Source of the DNA: Candidatus Parvarchaeum sp.
Lineage (GTDB): Archaea; Nanobdellota; Nanobdellia; Parvarchaeales; Parvarchaeaceae
Assembly: GCA_049965555.1 (NCBI GenBank)
Contig: JBMFWF010000007.1
Location: 1-47,799 of the forward strand
DNA: 47,799 nt
Direction of reading: 5' to 3'
Of the stretch, positions 29,194 through 39,334 are shown in pieces. The position numbers and the translations under genes are program-made. The number at the start of each line of letters is the position of its first letter. The stretch's first letter is position 1. Below the pieces are notes generated by a model. It worked only from the letters and a program-made list of their open reading frames with translations, was not told the DNA's origin and searched no databases.

Positions 29194-30722
29194 TTAACTT
29201 ACCTGGCCATTCAATGGTCCAAAACTTATATACGGCATAACTCCGTTTGGAGGGTAGGCACGGGCTAACATATATTGAAAGGTTGCAGAAGAAGTGCAAG
29301 ATGAAGAATGAGCAGTAATAAATAATCCTATGTATCCTGAAGATGCTACACTAGTTGGCGTTACATATGAACCTTCTTGAGTCAATGAATTTAAAGATGT
29401 ACCATGAAATCCCCCTATACTACTTGAACTTTCTGCGATTAGTGTTAGTATAGTGGGATAAGATATTGACCCACCATTTACATTGGCAGATGGAGCTACA
29501 TAAGAAGTTCCGCTTTGCCATTGAAATGCATAACCGTTCCCACTAGTTACAACCATATCGACTTCTCCATTTGCATCTGATGAATCAGTTATTGAGTTTT
29601 GGTATAAAATTCCTGCTTTTGTCCAGCCAGAATCACCGCTATTTCCAGTTAAAGATGTGATTTTAGCTTCGAATATCTGAAGTAAACTTACTGTTGAAGT
29701 GAAGTGAAATAAAGTAATCATATAATTGCTATCCCAGAAATCTAATCCGTTTGTGTTTGATATAGTTAGACCATTATTAACCGAATAAGAGCCAGATGCT
29801 CCTGATGGATTACTTAAAACTGTTTCTTGCAGGTTACTTGGTAATGTAGTTCCTACAAAGTTCTCATAATAATTGAATATATTGGCTCCATCATCATATT
29901 CTCCATAAGTTGAAGAAAGCTGTGGGGCCTCTCCCACGTTTACTGTGTTGAATAGGTTAGTCGAAGTTGAGGCGAAGCCCATGTAGATTGTCTGCTTGGA
30001 GCCTGCCGGAATCGATGATGTCAGCTTGACCCCCCAGATCGCATGGGTTGATGTGTAGTTTTCCAGCCAGGAATCAAGTATCTGGCCTGTATCGGAGAAG
30101 AACTCAACGTTCTGGCCAAAAGGAGAGGATGAGATATCAGCCCAGCCTGGAGATGTTGATGTGACATTTACCATCTGCTGGAAAGGGGATGGAGTTCCCT
30201 GGTTTTGGGTGTTGGTTACTGTCAGAGGCTCATATGATGTAGCTGAGGAGGGAGGAGAGGCTGCTGTCCCTGAGACTGTACCTGTAGATTCATATGGGCC
30301 TGGGAAGATCTGGCCCGGCTCCAGGTAGGATACTACTGCTGAGACTGAATACCTAGCTCCTGGAGAGCATAAAGTGGATGAAGGGACTGTTACTGTCTCT
30401 ATGCTGTTTGGCTGGATCAGGATGTTTGGATGGTAGGTTGCTGTGCCTGATGATGAGGTTAAATTGACTTGTGTTACGTTTATAGGGTAACCTGTGGAGT
30501 CTCCCATTGTTATTGTGAAGCTTACTCATCCCAGGATACTGCATTCACTGTTCCCGGGTTGGAGAAGCCTGTTATTGTTGTTGATAATGAGGATGAAGGG
30601 GAGAAGATACCTAGGCTGTACAATACGCCTGCTACAATAACAATAACCAGGATGGCCCAGCCATAGGTCATCATATATTCCAATGCTGACTGGGATTTCA
30701 CGCTTTTTAAGAGCTTATGCAT
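29194..30722 (-). pseudogene. Class III signal peptide pilin-like DUF2341-type adhesin, split by a frameshift/stop at about 30510-30540 (ORFs 30522-30722 and 29194-30507)
   Basis: KSQSALEYMMTYGWAILVIVIV pilin N-terminus; downstream ORF has TPSPFQQM..NVEFF..SWLE, GEAPQLS.TYGEYDDGAN and RAYPPNGVMP. Confidence 0.75.
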
Positions 30723-31112
30723 GCCTATTCTATGTTTTTTTATTTAAATGTTTTGGTGGGGCTTCTCTTTTTTATTGCAGGCGATTTTTACAAAGTCTTG
30801 GGGGTTATTTATTGTAAAAGTGTCAACATGTTTTTAAGATTAAGGTAAACTAGGAGATAAAACTTAGTTATAGATTATCATATGCTAAATATTTGTATAT
30901 CGTTAGGGATTCGGTCAAGTTACAGATAACCCCTTCTCAGCTTTATAGCTTGTAGACCTCGCTGAGATATTCAGCTTAGAAGGTTCTAACATAAAAGAAT
31001 TATCCACATACTCTAATTCCTCTATGTCCAAGAGCGTTTAATTTAATCTTAATTGTCTTAGACAAAAATCCATGTTTATACTGGATTTATGTACTTTTAT
31101 AAAGTTTGAAAT

Positions 31113-34100
31113 CTACGAAACACTACCAAAAGAAACTGAGGGCATCACGCCGTTTGGAGGCGATGTCCTCTCCAAAAACCATTGTATAAACGTATTCCCC
31201 AAATCCCCATTGTGTATGAGAATTAAATAATTATTGGGTGTTGGACTAAATGAACTGTCTGTGACCGTATATTCGTCTCCGTAATTATACTCTGAAAATG
31301 CTGTGGTGCCATCTAGTTCTAGGCCGACCGTCCACACGCCGTAGGACCTGACATAGTTTGTTAATGCAGTGCTATCGTTTAAATACAGATAATAATTCGA
31401 GTTACCTGAAGAAGCGCCTAACATCCAGCTATCTCCTGACGGATTGCAATTTATACAATCTCCTACCCCAAAATCGAAACCGCCTCCGCCATTGTTGGTA
31501 GTTGGCTCTCCATAGAAATCAAATACAGATCCAGATGAGAACGTCGGAACAGTAGCTATGTCTCCATAGGCTCCAGAGCTAGAAGGTACATCCAGCGTGA
31601 GGCCATTATCAACGCTATATGGAATCGTTGGCGTAGTCCACTGGCTAGTGTTAAGGGTAGTGCCAGCGAAGTTGCTATAGAAATTGAACACGTTCGCACC
31701 GTCGTCATATTCTCCATAAGCTGAAGAAAGCTGAGGAGCTTCTCCATCGTTTGTATTGTTAAATAAAGTTATGTTAGGCAATGCAAAGCCCATAAATGCA
31801 ATGTAAGATTCCCTAGGTGAGATAGTACCTAACTTTAACCAATATTTAGTTGAAGTACTTGCTGCTGAAACGCCATTAAACTGAACATTGTTTATTGACA
31901 AATCCTTATTACCGTTTTGCTCATTTCCATTCCCCGCTAGTAAGTACCACGCAATCAATCCAGAATTATTTAAAGGTGAGCCAGCTATACCCTCATCATA
32001 AAGCAAAGCCGCCTTTGAAGGTGAAAAGGCCTGATTGTAAAACTGGACATTTGTTATGTATCCATTGAAATAAAAGTTTCCGCCATTTGTGTCGGTCCAG
32101 CCGGATGTATATCCTTCTCCCAAAGTCCAGTATGACGGAGAACAGGACTGAGGCGTACCTGAGTAAGTTGCTATTTCAGTACCATTTAAGTATAAAATTT
32201 GCTCAGAAGGGGTTTGTACTATTGTAACTGAATTCCACTTTCCATTTGCTACAAAATAATTTGTAACAAAAGGTTGACTTCCTGTCCAATCTCCACCAGC
32301 TAAATCCCCATTTGAATCAACGTATATAATTGGGGAGTAACAACCTCCACTACTTACTTGCTCATTATTACCATTCCATAAAACTACTCCGTCGCTAGTC
32401 GTTTTAAACCAAACACTTATTGTAAAAGTGCTTGCTGTGCTAAAAGGATAATTTTCTGGTAGATTAGCATAGCTGTTTGTACCATCAAAATATGCTAAAT
32501 CGCCCGATTCTAACCATGAAGGTATAACAGTCCCGCTAGGTGAGAAAAACTCGATATTGCTTAAGGTTTTGTTCTCAAGACTGTTGTAATCAAAGGAATT
32601 TACCGAAATATTCTGCTGAAAAACATTTGAAGTTGCAGAGGATTGAAGATTAGTTATAGATATTGGAACGAAATCTTTTACATTTTTAGGGACATTTGCA
32701 ACCGCTTCCCAATAAGTTTGATTAGCAAGATTGGATTGATTTGAAAAAACAGTTATATTGTATAAACCTGCTGACAGCGGTTTTTGGTATGATAAACTTG
32801 CAGACCCCAATGGAATGACTACAGAACCGTTTATCATTAAACCTATGTGACTGGCGTGTGTACCAAAAGCGGTTATATTTGTTATGTCTCCGTAAGCTAT
32901 ACCATTATTGCCATCTTTTACACCATTGACAAACACAGTAATCTGGGGCTGAACAGGACCAAATGTCACTGATGGCATAACTCCGTTTGGTGGATAAGCA
33001 CGGATTATTAGTCCATTCCAATATTCATCACTGCTTCCACCCCCATCTCCAACTAATCCAAGATAATTTCCATTGTCCGATACAGTATAAGTATTAGAGG
33101 GATTCTGGCCGATTTCGCTCCCGTATGTACCTAAATTAGTGCTTAGATATTGCTGCGCTACACCATTATTTACAACAACGCCACTTAATACCCATTCCCC
33201 ACTCCAATACCCTGTGTCAGGCGGTGCGTTCCAGCTAGTCCAAGAGCTTGTTGAAGCAATACCATACCACCCTCCACCATCTCCCTGCCTTGCTAATTGT
33301 CCTGCTCCGGCAGAGTTTACCAAAAAGAATATATCATTTAATCTATTGATATAGGTATAATACTCTATAATCATATTTTTGCTTTGTCCTGGTGCAATCG
33401 TATAAAGATAAGAGCCTACAGAGTTAAGGGCATAAAAGGCGTTTGTTCCAAAGGGGGAACCCGAAGGTGCAGAGGTTGTTTGACCTGATGTTCCAGCTGT
33501 TGTCCATCCAGTTAAAGAGGAACCTGAAAAGTAATTCAAAAACACATTCGCTCCATTATCATACTCTCCATAGGTTGGAGAAAGCTGAGGAGCTTCTCCA
33601 TCATTTGTATTGTTGAAAAGATTTACAGACTTTGAAGCAAAGCCCATGTAAACAGTTATTGACGAAGAAGCGGGTATACCACTCAATTTAAGCCAGTAAA
33701 CGCTGTTCGTAGCGGTATTTGAATTTCCTGATTCCAACCATGAATTTATTATCGTTCCATTTGGATAAAAGAATTCCACATTCTGTAGGTTTGAAGCTTC
33801 GTACTGCTGGTAATCTGCAGAGTCAACAACTACTTCCTGTTGAAAAGGGGAGGGAGTTGCAATTGACTGGCTATTCTTTATAGTTAATGGAACGAAATTC
33901 AAAACATTCGTTGGAATTATAAGAAGCTTCTGCGGAAGAAGGCATGACGGGCTTATTATATTAAATGCCCTGACATATATCTCAGCGGTTGAACCGGGGG
34001 AGAACTGACCGCCATTGCTAGGAGTTATGCTTCCTGAATAATAACCGGATAAAGTGCTTTCATTCTGCTCGGCAATTATATTATTGTGATTGTATATTAT

Positions 34101-34628
34101 AAGAGTAAAATTAACATTCCCTACTAGGTTGCCCTTTGTATCAAGAAAAGAAACATTGTAGAAAACGCTCGATGGATTGTAGGTATAAGAAGTCGAAATA
34201 TAAGATATTGGAAGATTCATAGATATTTGTGCTTCTGGCTTTCCATTTTCCTTTACAAGTGTTACTTTGCCATCAAAAGTGCCTGAACTTATTGGAAGCT
34301 CTCCGGTAGTGTAAAGCGATAAAGATTGCGCTGCCTCCTCGCCACCAAATGACAAAGAAAGAGAATTATTGCAGATTGATGACACGATATTTAAACCGGG
34401 AGAAGAAAAACTAAACTGCTGTGATGAGCCTATTCCTTCACCAGATAAAGAATTTACGGCATTTGCTATGCTAGTGGCAGCTAATTGAAGATCCTGCGCA
34501 GTACCTGCAGAATTATACCCAATTTGATAATATAAAGCATAAGATATAGCCGCAGCTAAAATAAATATAGCTATTCCCATCACTATGAGATACTCCAAGG
34601 AAGACTGGCTTTTTGATCCAATTTGCAT
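31113..34628 (-). CDS. Class III signal peptide surface adhesin with two DUF2341-type modules and a nested LamG/ConA-like domain
   Basis: KSQSSLEYLIV; two copies of FQQ..NVEFF..SWLESG..YWLKL..YMGFA..GEAPQLS..PPNGVMPSV; YFDG..FTISVWFKT..YLNG..YFNGYITNVQFYN. Confidence 0.85.
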   Translation of the reverse strand: MQIGSKSQSSLEYLIVMGIAIFILAAAISYALYYQIGYNSAGTAQDLQLAATSIANAVNSLSGEGIGSSQQFSFSSPGLNIVSSICNNSLSLSFGGEEAAQSLSLYTTGELPISSGTFDGKVTLVKENGKPEAQISMNLPISYISTSYTYNPSSVFYNVSFLDTKGNLVGNVNFTLIIYNHNNIIAEQNESTLSGYYSGSITPSNGGQFSPGSTAEIYVRAFNIISPSCLLPQKLLIIPTNVLNFVPLTIKNSQSIATPSPFQQEVVVDSADYQQYEASNLQNVEFFYPNGTIINSWLESGNSNTATNSVYWLKLSGIPASSSITVYMGFASKSVNLFNNTNDGEAPQLSPTYGEYDNGANVFLNYFSGSSLTGWTTAGTSGQTTSAPSGSPFGTNAFYALNSVGSYLYTIAPGQSKNMIIEYYTYINRLNDIFFLVNSAGAGQLARQGDGGGWYGIASTSSWTSWNAPPDTGYWSGEWVLSGVVVNNGVAQQYLSTNLGTYGSEIGQNPSNTYTVSDNGNYLGLVGDGGGSSDEYWNGLIIRAYPPNGVMPSVTFGPVQPQITVFVNGVKDGNNGIAYGDITNITAFGTHASHIGLMINGSVVIPLGSASLSYQKPLSAGLYNITVFSNQSNLANQTYWEAVANVPKNVKDFVPISITNLQSSATSNVFQQNISVNSFDYNSLENKTLSNIEFFSPSGTVIPSWLESGDLAYFDGTNSYANLPENYPFSTASTFTISVWFKTTSDGVVLWNGNNEQVSSGGCYSPIIYVDSNGDLAGGDWTGSQPFVTNYFVANGKWNSVTIVQTPSEQILYLNGTEIATYSGTPQSCSPSYWTLGEGYTSGWTDTNGGNFYFNGYITNVQFYNQAFSPSKAALLYDEGIAGSPLNNSGLIAWYLLAGNGNEQNGNKDLSINNVQFNGVSAASTSTKYWLKLGTISPRESYIAFMGFALPNITLFNNTNDGEAPQLSSAYGEYDDGANVFNFYSNFAGTTLNTSQWTTPTIPYSVDNGLTLDVPSSSGAYGDIATVPTFSSGSVFDFYGEPTTNNGGGGFDFGVGDCINCNPSGDSWMLGASSGNSNYYLYLNDSTALTNYVRSYGVWTVGLELDGTTAFSEYNYGDEYTVTDSSFSPTPNNYLILIHNGDLGNTFIQWFLERTSPPNGVMPSVSFGSVS

Positions 34629-34635
34629 AATTTGA

Positions 34636-35238
34636 TTATACCTTTATACTAAAGAACTTATCAACAATCTTATTTATCCTTTGACTCACCTCTTCAACCG
34701 TTCCTTTGGCATCAACTTTTTTGAGATGAAATTCCTTTGCTATTGACAAATAAGCTTGTCTGACTTTTGAAATCTTTTCAATATTATCAAAAAGCTGAAG
34801 GCCATCTACCTGTTTTGCTGATCTTGATAATGATGACTTGGGATCCAAATCTAGATATATGCCAAGATCAGGCTTCCTGAAGCTTATATTAACGGAACGA
34901 AGCCATTTATAATTTATATTGGATGCAAAACCATATGCAAGTGTTGAGAAGAAATATCTGTCACACACCACAATAAAGCCATCTTGCATTGCGGGTTCTA
35001 TCTCTGTATCCAGATGATGCGCTCTATCTGCACAAAAAAGTAGCTGAAGTGCTTTATTTGAAATGTTGAGTTCTTTGTTTAACGCAGCCTTTGATATGCC
35101 TCCTAAAATCCCATTAGTCGGTTCCTTTGTCAAAAGAACTTTGAACCCCTTGGACCTTAAATGCTCCGCCAAAAGAACGGATTGTGTGCCTTTCCCTGCG
35201 TTGTCTATACCCTCTATTACTATAAACTTACCTTTCAT
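34636..35238 (-). CDS. tmk: Thymidylate kinase, copy 1
   Basis: IEGIDNAGKGTQ, KEPT, ADRAHH, CDRYFFST.AY. Confidence 0.9.
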   Translation of the reverse strand: MKGKFIVIEGIDNAGKGTQSVLLAEHLRSKGFKVLLTKEPTNGILGGISKAALNKELNISNKALQLLFCADRAHHLDTEIEPAMQDGFIVVCDRYFFSTLAYGFASNINYKWLRSVNISFRKPDLGIYLDLDPKSSLSRSAKQVDGLQLFDNIEKISKVRQAYLSIAKEFHLKKVDAKGTVEEVSQRINKIVDKFFSIKV

Positions 35239-35240
35239 AA

Positions 35241-35849
35241 TTAATGAAAGCTTTCTTTAATTAAATAAGATATCTCTTCTATGCTTTTTCTACCATCTAT
35301 CTCCTGCCAAGCCTTTGCATAGAATCCCTCGTTTTTTAATTTGGCATAAAATGTTGAAACCTTGGAAAGAAAATTCTTATTGCTCTCAAACTTATCCACA
35401 TCCATCTTTCCTTTCTGTTTTTCCTTTCTCTGCATTGATATATCAACAGGCACATTTATGTAAAATACTTTATCTACAGTAGGCATGTCCAAAAGCTTTA
35501 CAATCTCTTTTCCATTTTCATAGGGGAACCCTCCTGCAGATTGGTAAGCAATAGTAGAAAAGAAAAACCTGTCTATTATAACGTAGTTTCCGGCATTTGC
35601 GGCTTCTATTATTTTGCTTCTGTCCTTTACCATATCAATTATATAAAGCATAAAAAGCTCATCTACCTTCAAATTTATCTTTTTATAAAGAAAGGATTTT
35701 ATACGTTCACCATAAACAGATGAATAATCAGGATAAGAATAAATTGAAACTTTTTTTCCTTCTTTCTCTAAGGCATCTTTCAAAAGCTGAGTTTGAGTAG
35801 CTTTCCCCGCACCATCTATACCCTCTATTACTATTATTTTTCCTTCCAT
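35241..35849 (-). CDS. tmk: Thymidylate kinase, copy 2 (divergent)
   Basis: IEGIDGAGKATQ, SYPDY, IDRFFFSTIAYQ, DKFES. Confidence 0.88.
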   Translation of the reverse strand: MEGKIIVIEGIDGAGKATQTQLLKDALEKEGKKVSIYSYPDYSSVYGERIKSFLYKKINLKVDELFMLYIIDMVKDRSKIIEAANAGNYVIIDRFFFSTIAYQSAGGFPYENGKEIVKLLDMPTVDKVFYINVPVDISMQRKEKQKGKMDVDKFESNKNFLSKVSTFYAKLKNEGFYAKAWQEIDGRKSIEEISYLIKESFH

Positions 35850-35850
35850 T

Positions 35851-37287
35851 TTATACCTCCTTCAAACCTTTTTTGTATGTTTGGACTTTATCCCCAAGAA
35901 AATCAAGTATCTGCAAGCTTTTATCCCTCATGTTTACTATTGGAACTTTTGCTACGTCTGGGTTCATCCCATATTTTTTCTGGTAAGAAGTTTGATACTG
36001 CCAGCATGATGAATTTATAAGCACGGTTCCTTTGTAAATAGACGCAAGTGTTTTATGTATATGCCCAGTAGCATATATATCTGGAGTTTCTTCTATTACA
36101 AGGTAATCTCTAGGCAATGGCATCAACTGTGTTGAGCCATGTGAAGGCGCCAAATGCCTTGACCTAAGATGTATCTTCATTATATTTTCTATATCATCAG
36201 CATCCATTTTACTGTATTTCGGTATTTTGTTTGCGTAGTAAGTAATGCTGAAACCATGATATGAAAGCAGGTTAATTTTTGCTTTTCCAACAACGAGATT
36301 TACTTGATAAGGATTTGAAAGAAAAACCGCATTCTTTAATTTATACAAGCTTTCTGCAAAGTTTTTGTCAAGCTTTGGCTGCGGCTCAGCGATATGTGTA
36401 GCATCATGGTTTCCTTGTGATAAAATCAGCTTTATGTTTTTAGGTATTCTATCAAGGAAGCTATAGAGTTTATCGTATTGGCCTTTAAGGTCGGTTATAG
36501 CAAGCTCTTTCTCTTGATCAGGATATACTCCTATGCCATCTATCAAATCCCCGTTTAATACGATAAATTTTACTAACTTAGCGATGTTTGAATACTCAGG
36601 TACTTCGCCATTTATCCATTTTATGAACCTTTCGAAGGCATCGTTTACAAAAAGCTTTGACCCTACATGTATATCAGATAAAAAAAGAATAAACGAATCA
36701 TCAATTTCTTGCTTTACCCTTTCCTTAAGCTGTATTTCAGGGAAGACTATATCCTTTACAAATATTGCATCGTTGTATTTTCTCCCAGTTATCATTACAA
36801 CCTGGTCTTCAAGTATTTCCTGATTAGAGTTCGTTATTATCGCTTTGTAACTGCCGGTGTTGTCCTCTATGTCCAATATTGTATATTTTTTAACAGGGCT
36901 TATTGAAACAGAAGAAACCATCACTATTGATTTTACATCAGAGCTCTGAGGCATGTTCTTTATGTTTGCCAATGAAAGCAATCCCGACCTATCCTTGCTC
37001 ATCAAGATTGCCTTTAATCTGTTGAACCTATCATTAAAATAGTTTACCCAGTTTGGAGGTTTTGACTCCGAAATTTCCCCCTCATAATTTTTTATTATTT
37101 CTATGCTTGAGTCCGTGTTGGCTTCCCCATCATATAAATCGTGAAAAGTCTTTATATCTAGAAAATTAATATTTTTCTCTTTAAGTGATTTTATTAGTCC
37201 ATCGATATCCGAGATATTAACATCTTTTATGGACGAATCTACAAGTATCCCGTTTGAAAACAAAGTATTAAGTTGATTTTCATCCAT
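35851..37287 (-). CDS. DNA polymerase D small subunit DP1
   Basis: SDIHVGS, GDLIDGIGVYPDQ, GNHD, YHG, RHLAPSHG, GHIH. Confidence 0.95.
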   Translation of the reverse strand: MDENQLNTLFSNGILVDSSIKDVNISDIDGLIKSLKEKNINFLDIKTFHDLYDGEANTDSSIEIIKNYEGEISESKPPNWVNYFNDRFNRLKAILMSKDRSGLLSLANIKNMPQSSDVKSIVMVSSVSISPVKKYTILDIEDNTGSYKAIITNSNQEILEDQVVMITGRKYNDAIFVKDIVFPEIQLKERVKQEIDDSFILFLSDIHVGSKLFVNDAFERFIKWINGEVPEYSNIAKLVKFIVLNGDLIDGIGVYPDQEKELAITDLKGQYDKLYSFLDRIPKNIKLILSQGNHDATHIAEPQPKLDKNFAESLYKLKNAVFLSNPYQVNLVVGKAKINLLSYHGFSITYYANKIPKYSKMDADDIENIMKIHLRSRHLAPSHGSTQLMPLPRDYLVIEETPDIYATGHIHKTLASIYKGTVLINSSCWQYQTSYQKKYGMNPDVAKVPIVNMRDKSLQILDFLGDKVQTYKKGLKEV

Positions 37288-37359
37288 AGTATTTTACCAA
37301 CAATCAATACTATCTCAATGGCAATAAATATATGTTTGCCTTTTATTTTTTATACATTA

Positions 37360-39129
37360 TTAAATTCTTTCAACTAGATCAATACCTAGGAAATAAGACA
37401 AATTCTCAACTACTTTTTTAAAGGCTGTAACTAAAATCACTCTTTCGTTTTCTTTCTTATCTCCTAATATCCTGTTTTTTTCATAAAATGCATTGAACAT
37501 ATCGGATATTCTATGCAAGTAATCACAAACCAAATTTGGCTTAAGATTAGAAACCGCATTATCCAAAACATTTTCCCAAAGAAAAACCTCTCTTATGAAT
37601 TTTGTCTCATCTTCATCAAACGAAACGCTATTATAATCAATCTTGCCTGCCTTTTTTAGTATGCTCAATGCCCTAGAATAGCTATAATTTATGTAAACTG
37701 CACTGTCTCCTTTTAGAGAGATTGCATCGTTTATATCAAAAATCACCATTTTAGATGGAGATAATCTTAATATATAGTATCTAATTACGTTTGAAGCTAT
37801 ACGTTTAGCGGAATCATCATCAATTTTTCTGCCGCTTTTCTCTGCTTCTTCTATGACTCTTTTTTTAATCTTGACCGATAAATCATCAAACTCAACTGTT
37901 ATGCCTTTCCTTCCGCTCATCCTCATGAACTTTTCATCGGTATTTATTCCAAGGTAAGCTGCAGTATCTTTGGAAATTGAAACTGGCTCATAACCATAAT
38001 GGTTATATGAGCCGTTTCCCGCGAATCTTTCTATTATGGATTTGACAGCATCCTGTTCTGCATTTTGAGCCGAGTCGGTCAATGTAAATGAAATGTCTAT
38101 TTTTTGAAGGTTAACTTCATTGCCGTCCCTGTTTGATATCATTATATCAGTCCCGTCAAAATTCGAAGAAAACCTCCTGTATTTTATCTTTTCCTCGAGT
38201 ATACTGTGTTTTATCATCGCATATGCTATGTCTTTTGCTATGTACAACGAAGTTCCATCGGATCTTGTAAGCGTTATTTCACTGCCATCTACATTGCTGA
38301 CTATGCACCCTCTGTTTTTCTCGCTTTCGGAGACTTTTGCAATTCCTTCTGCCATTAACTTATCCAAAGCGGCCTTTACTATTCCTTCTCCAAGTATGTA
38401 ACGCTCAAGATCTAGAAAATTGTACTTTATCTTTTCTCCAACCAAAGTAGAAAGCTGGGCAAGCAAAACCTTGTTTACTATTGAATCCAGGAATTCTAAT
38501 GTATCCTTATCCCCAGATTCTATCTTTAGAAGAACTTCCTTTCTTTTTTCAAGCAGAGATTTGTCTTTCTCATACTCTTCATTAACCTCTTTGTATATCT
38601 TTGAGCAGTAGATATCAAATTTTTCTTGTGTCTCTATCTTCTTATTAAGATACTTAAAACCAACTATTATATCCGCAACCTGTGCACCTGTATCTTCAAT
38701 AAAATTAGAGGTTATAACGTTAGCAGAGCTGTAAAGCAGGGCCTTACGTATAAACTCTCCGATATATGAATTTCTCATATGGCCTATATGCAAAGCTTTG
38801 TTGGGGTTCACTGATGTGTGCTCAAGTCTTATAGTCTTGCCGGAAAACGTATTTTTAACACTTCTTATTTCTATATTACTAAGTATTTTTTCGCTCTTTT
38901 CAAGTTCATCAAAATTCAAATCTATATTTACGTAGCCATTTAATGCAACTGCTTTCTTTACGTACTTTGATTCTATTTTTTTTGCGGTTTCGTCCGCAAA
39001 AGACGCTGGGTCTTTGCCGTTGCTCTTTGCGTATCCTATACAGCTGAAAGAGATGTCTGAAAACTGGCTGGGAGTTACATCTGCCCACTCAGGTAAATTC
39101 AGTTTTTCTTTTATTTCTTGAAATTTCAT
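37360..39129 (-). CDS. argS: Arginine--tRNA ligase
   Basis: EHTSVNPNKALHIGHMRN, RSDGTSLY, MSGRKG, YINYSYSRA. Confidence 0.95.
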   Translation of the reverse strand: MKFQEIKEKLNLPEWADVTPSQFSDISFSCIGYAKSNGKDPASFADETAKKIESKYVKKAVALNGYVNIDLNFDELEKSEKILSNIEIRSVKNTFSGKTIRLEHTSVNPNKALHIGHMRNSYIGEFIRKALLYSSANVITSNFIEDTGAQVADIIVGFKYLNKKIETQEKFDIYCSKIYKEVNEEYEKDKSLLEKRKEVLLKIESGDKDTLEFLDSIVNKVLLAQLSTLVGEKIKYNFLDLERYILGEGIVKAALDKLMAEGIAKVSESEKNRGCIVSNVDGSEITLTRSDGTSLYIAKDIAYAMIKHSILEEKIKYRRFSSNFDGTDIMISNRDGNEVNLQKIDISFTLTDSAQNAEQDAVKSIIERFAGNGSYNHYGYEPVSISKDTAAYLGINTDEKFMRMSGRKGITVEFDDLSVKIKKRVIEEAEKSGRKIDDDSAKRIASNVIRYYILRLSPSKMVIFDINDAISLKGDSAVYINYSYSRALSILKKAGKIDYNSVSFDEDETKFIREVFLWENVLDNAVSNLKPNLVCDYLHRISDMFNAFYEKNRILGDKKENERVILVTAFKKVVENLSYFLGIDLVERI

Positions 39130-39334
39130 ATTTTATAGATGCTTCTCCTGTTATTTATAAAGTTTTGATCATAAAACCACACCGTTTATTTAATTAAATT
39201 CTTATTTCTTTTAATTGAATGTTATTCAGATTAGGTGTAAATTCCTAGATTTATCAGCAGTAAGAAAGATTTATATAGGTATTTAATCATATATAGACTA
39301 TAAATTTTGTAAGGGGTTGAATAAAAAGATAAAA

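Noticed and set aside
29194-34628. Diversity-generating retroelement as the source of adhesin variation
   Set aside because: No reverse transcriptase, and no TR/VR pair differing only at adenines in the window.
39130-39316. Second C/D sRNA or replication origin in the argS-aIF1 gap
   Set aside because: Two CTGA on the minus strand but no C or C' boxes and no ORB repeats; divergent TATA promoters explain the region.
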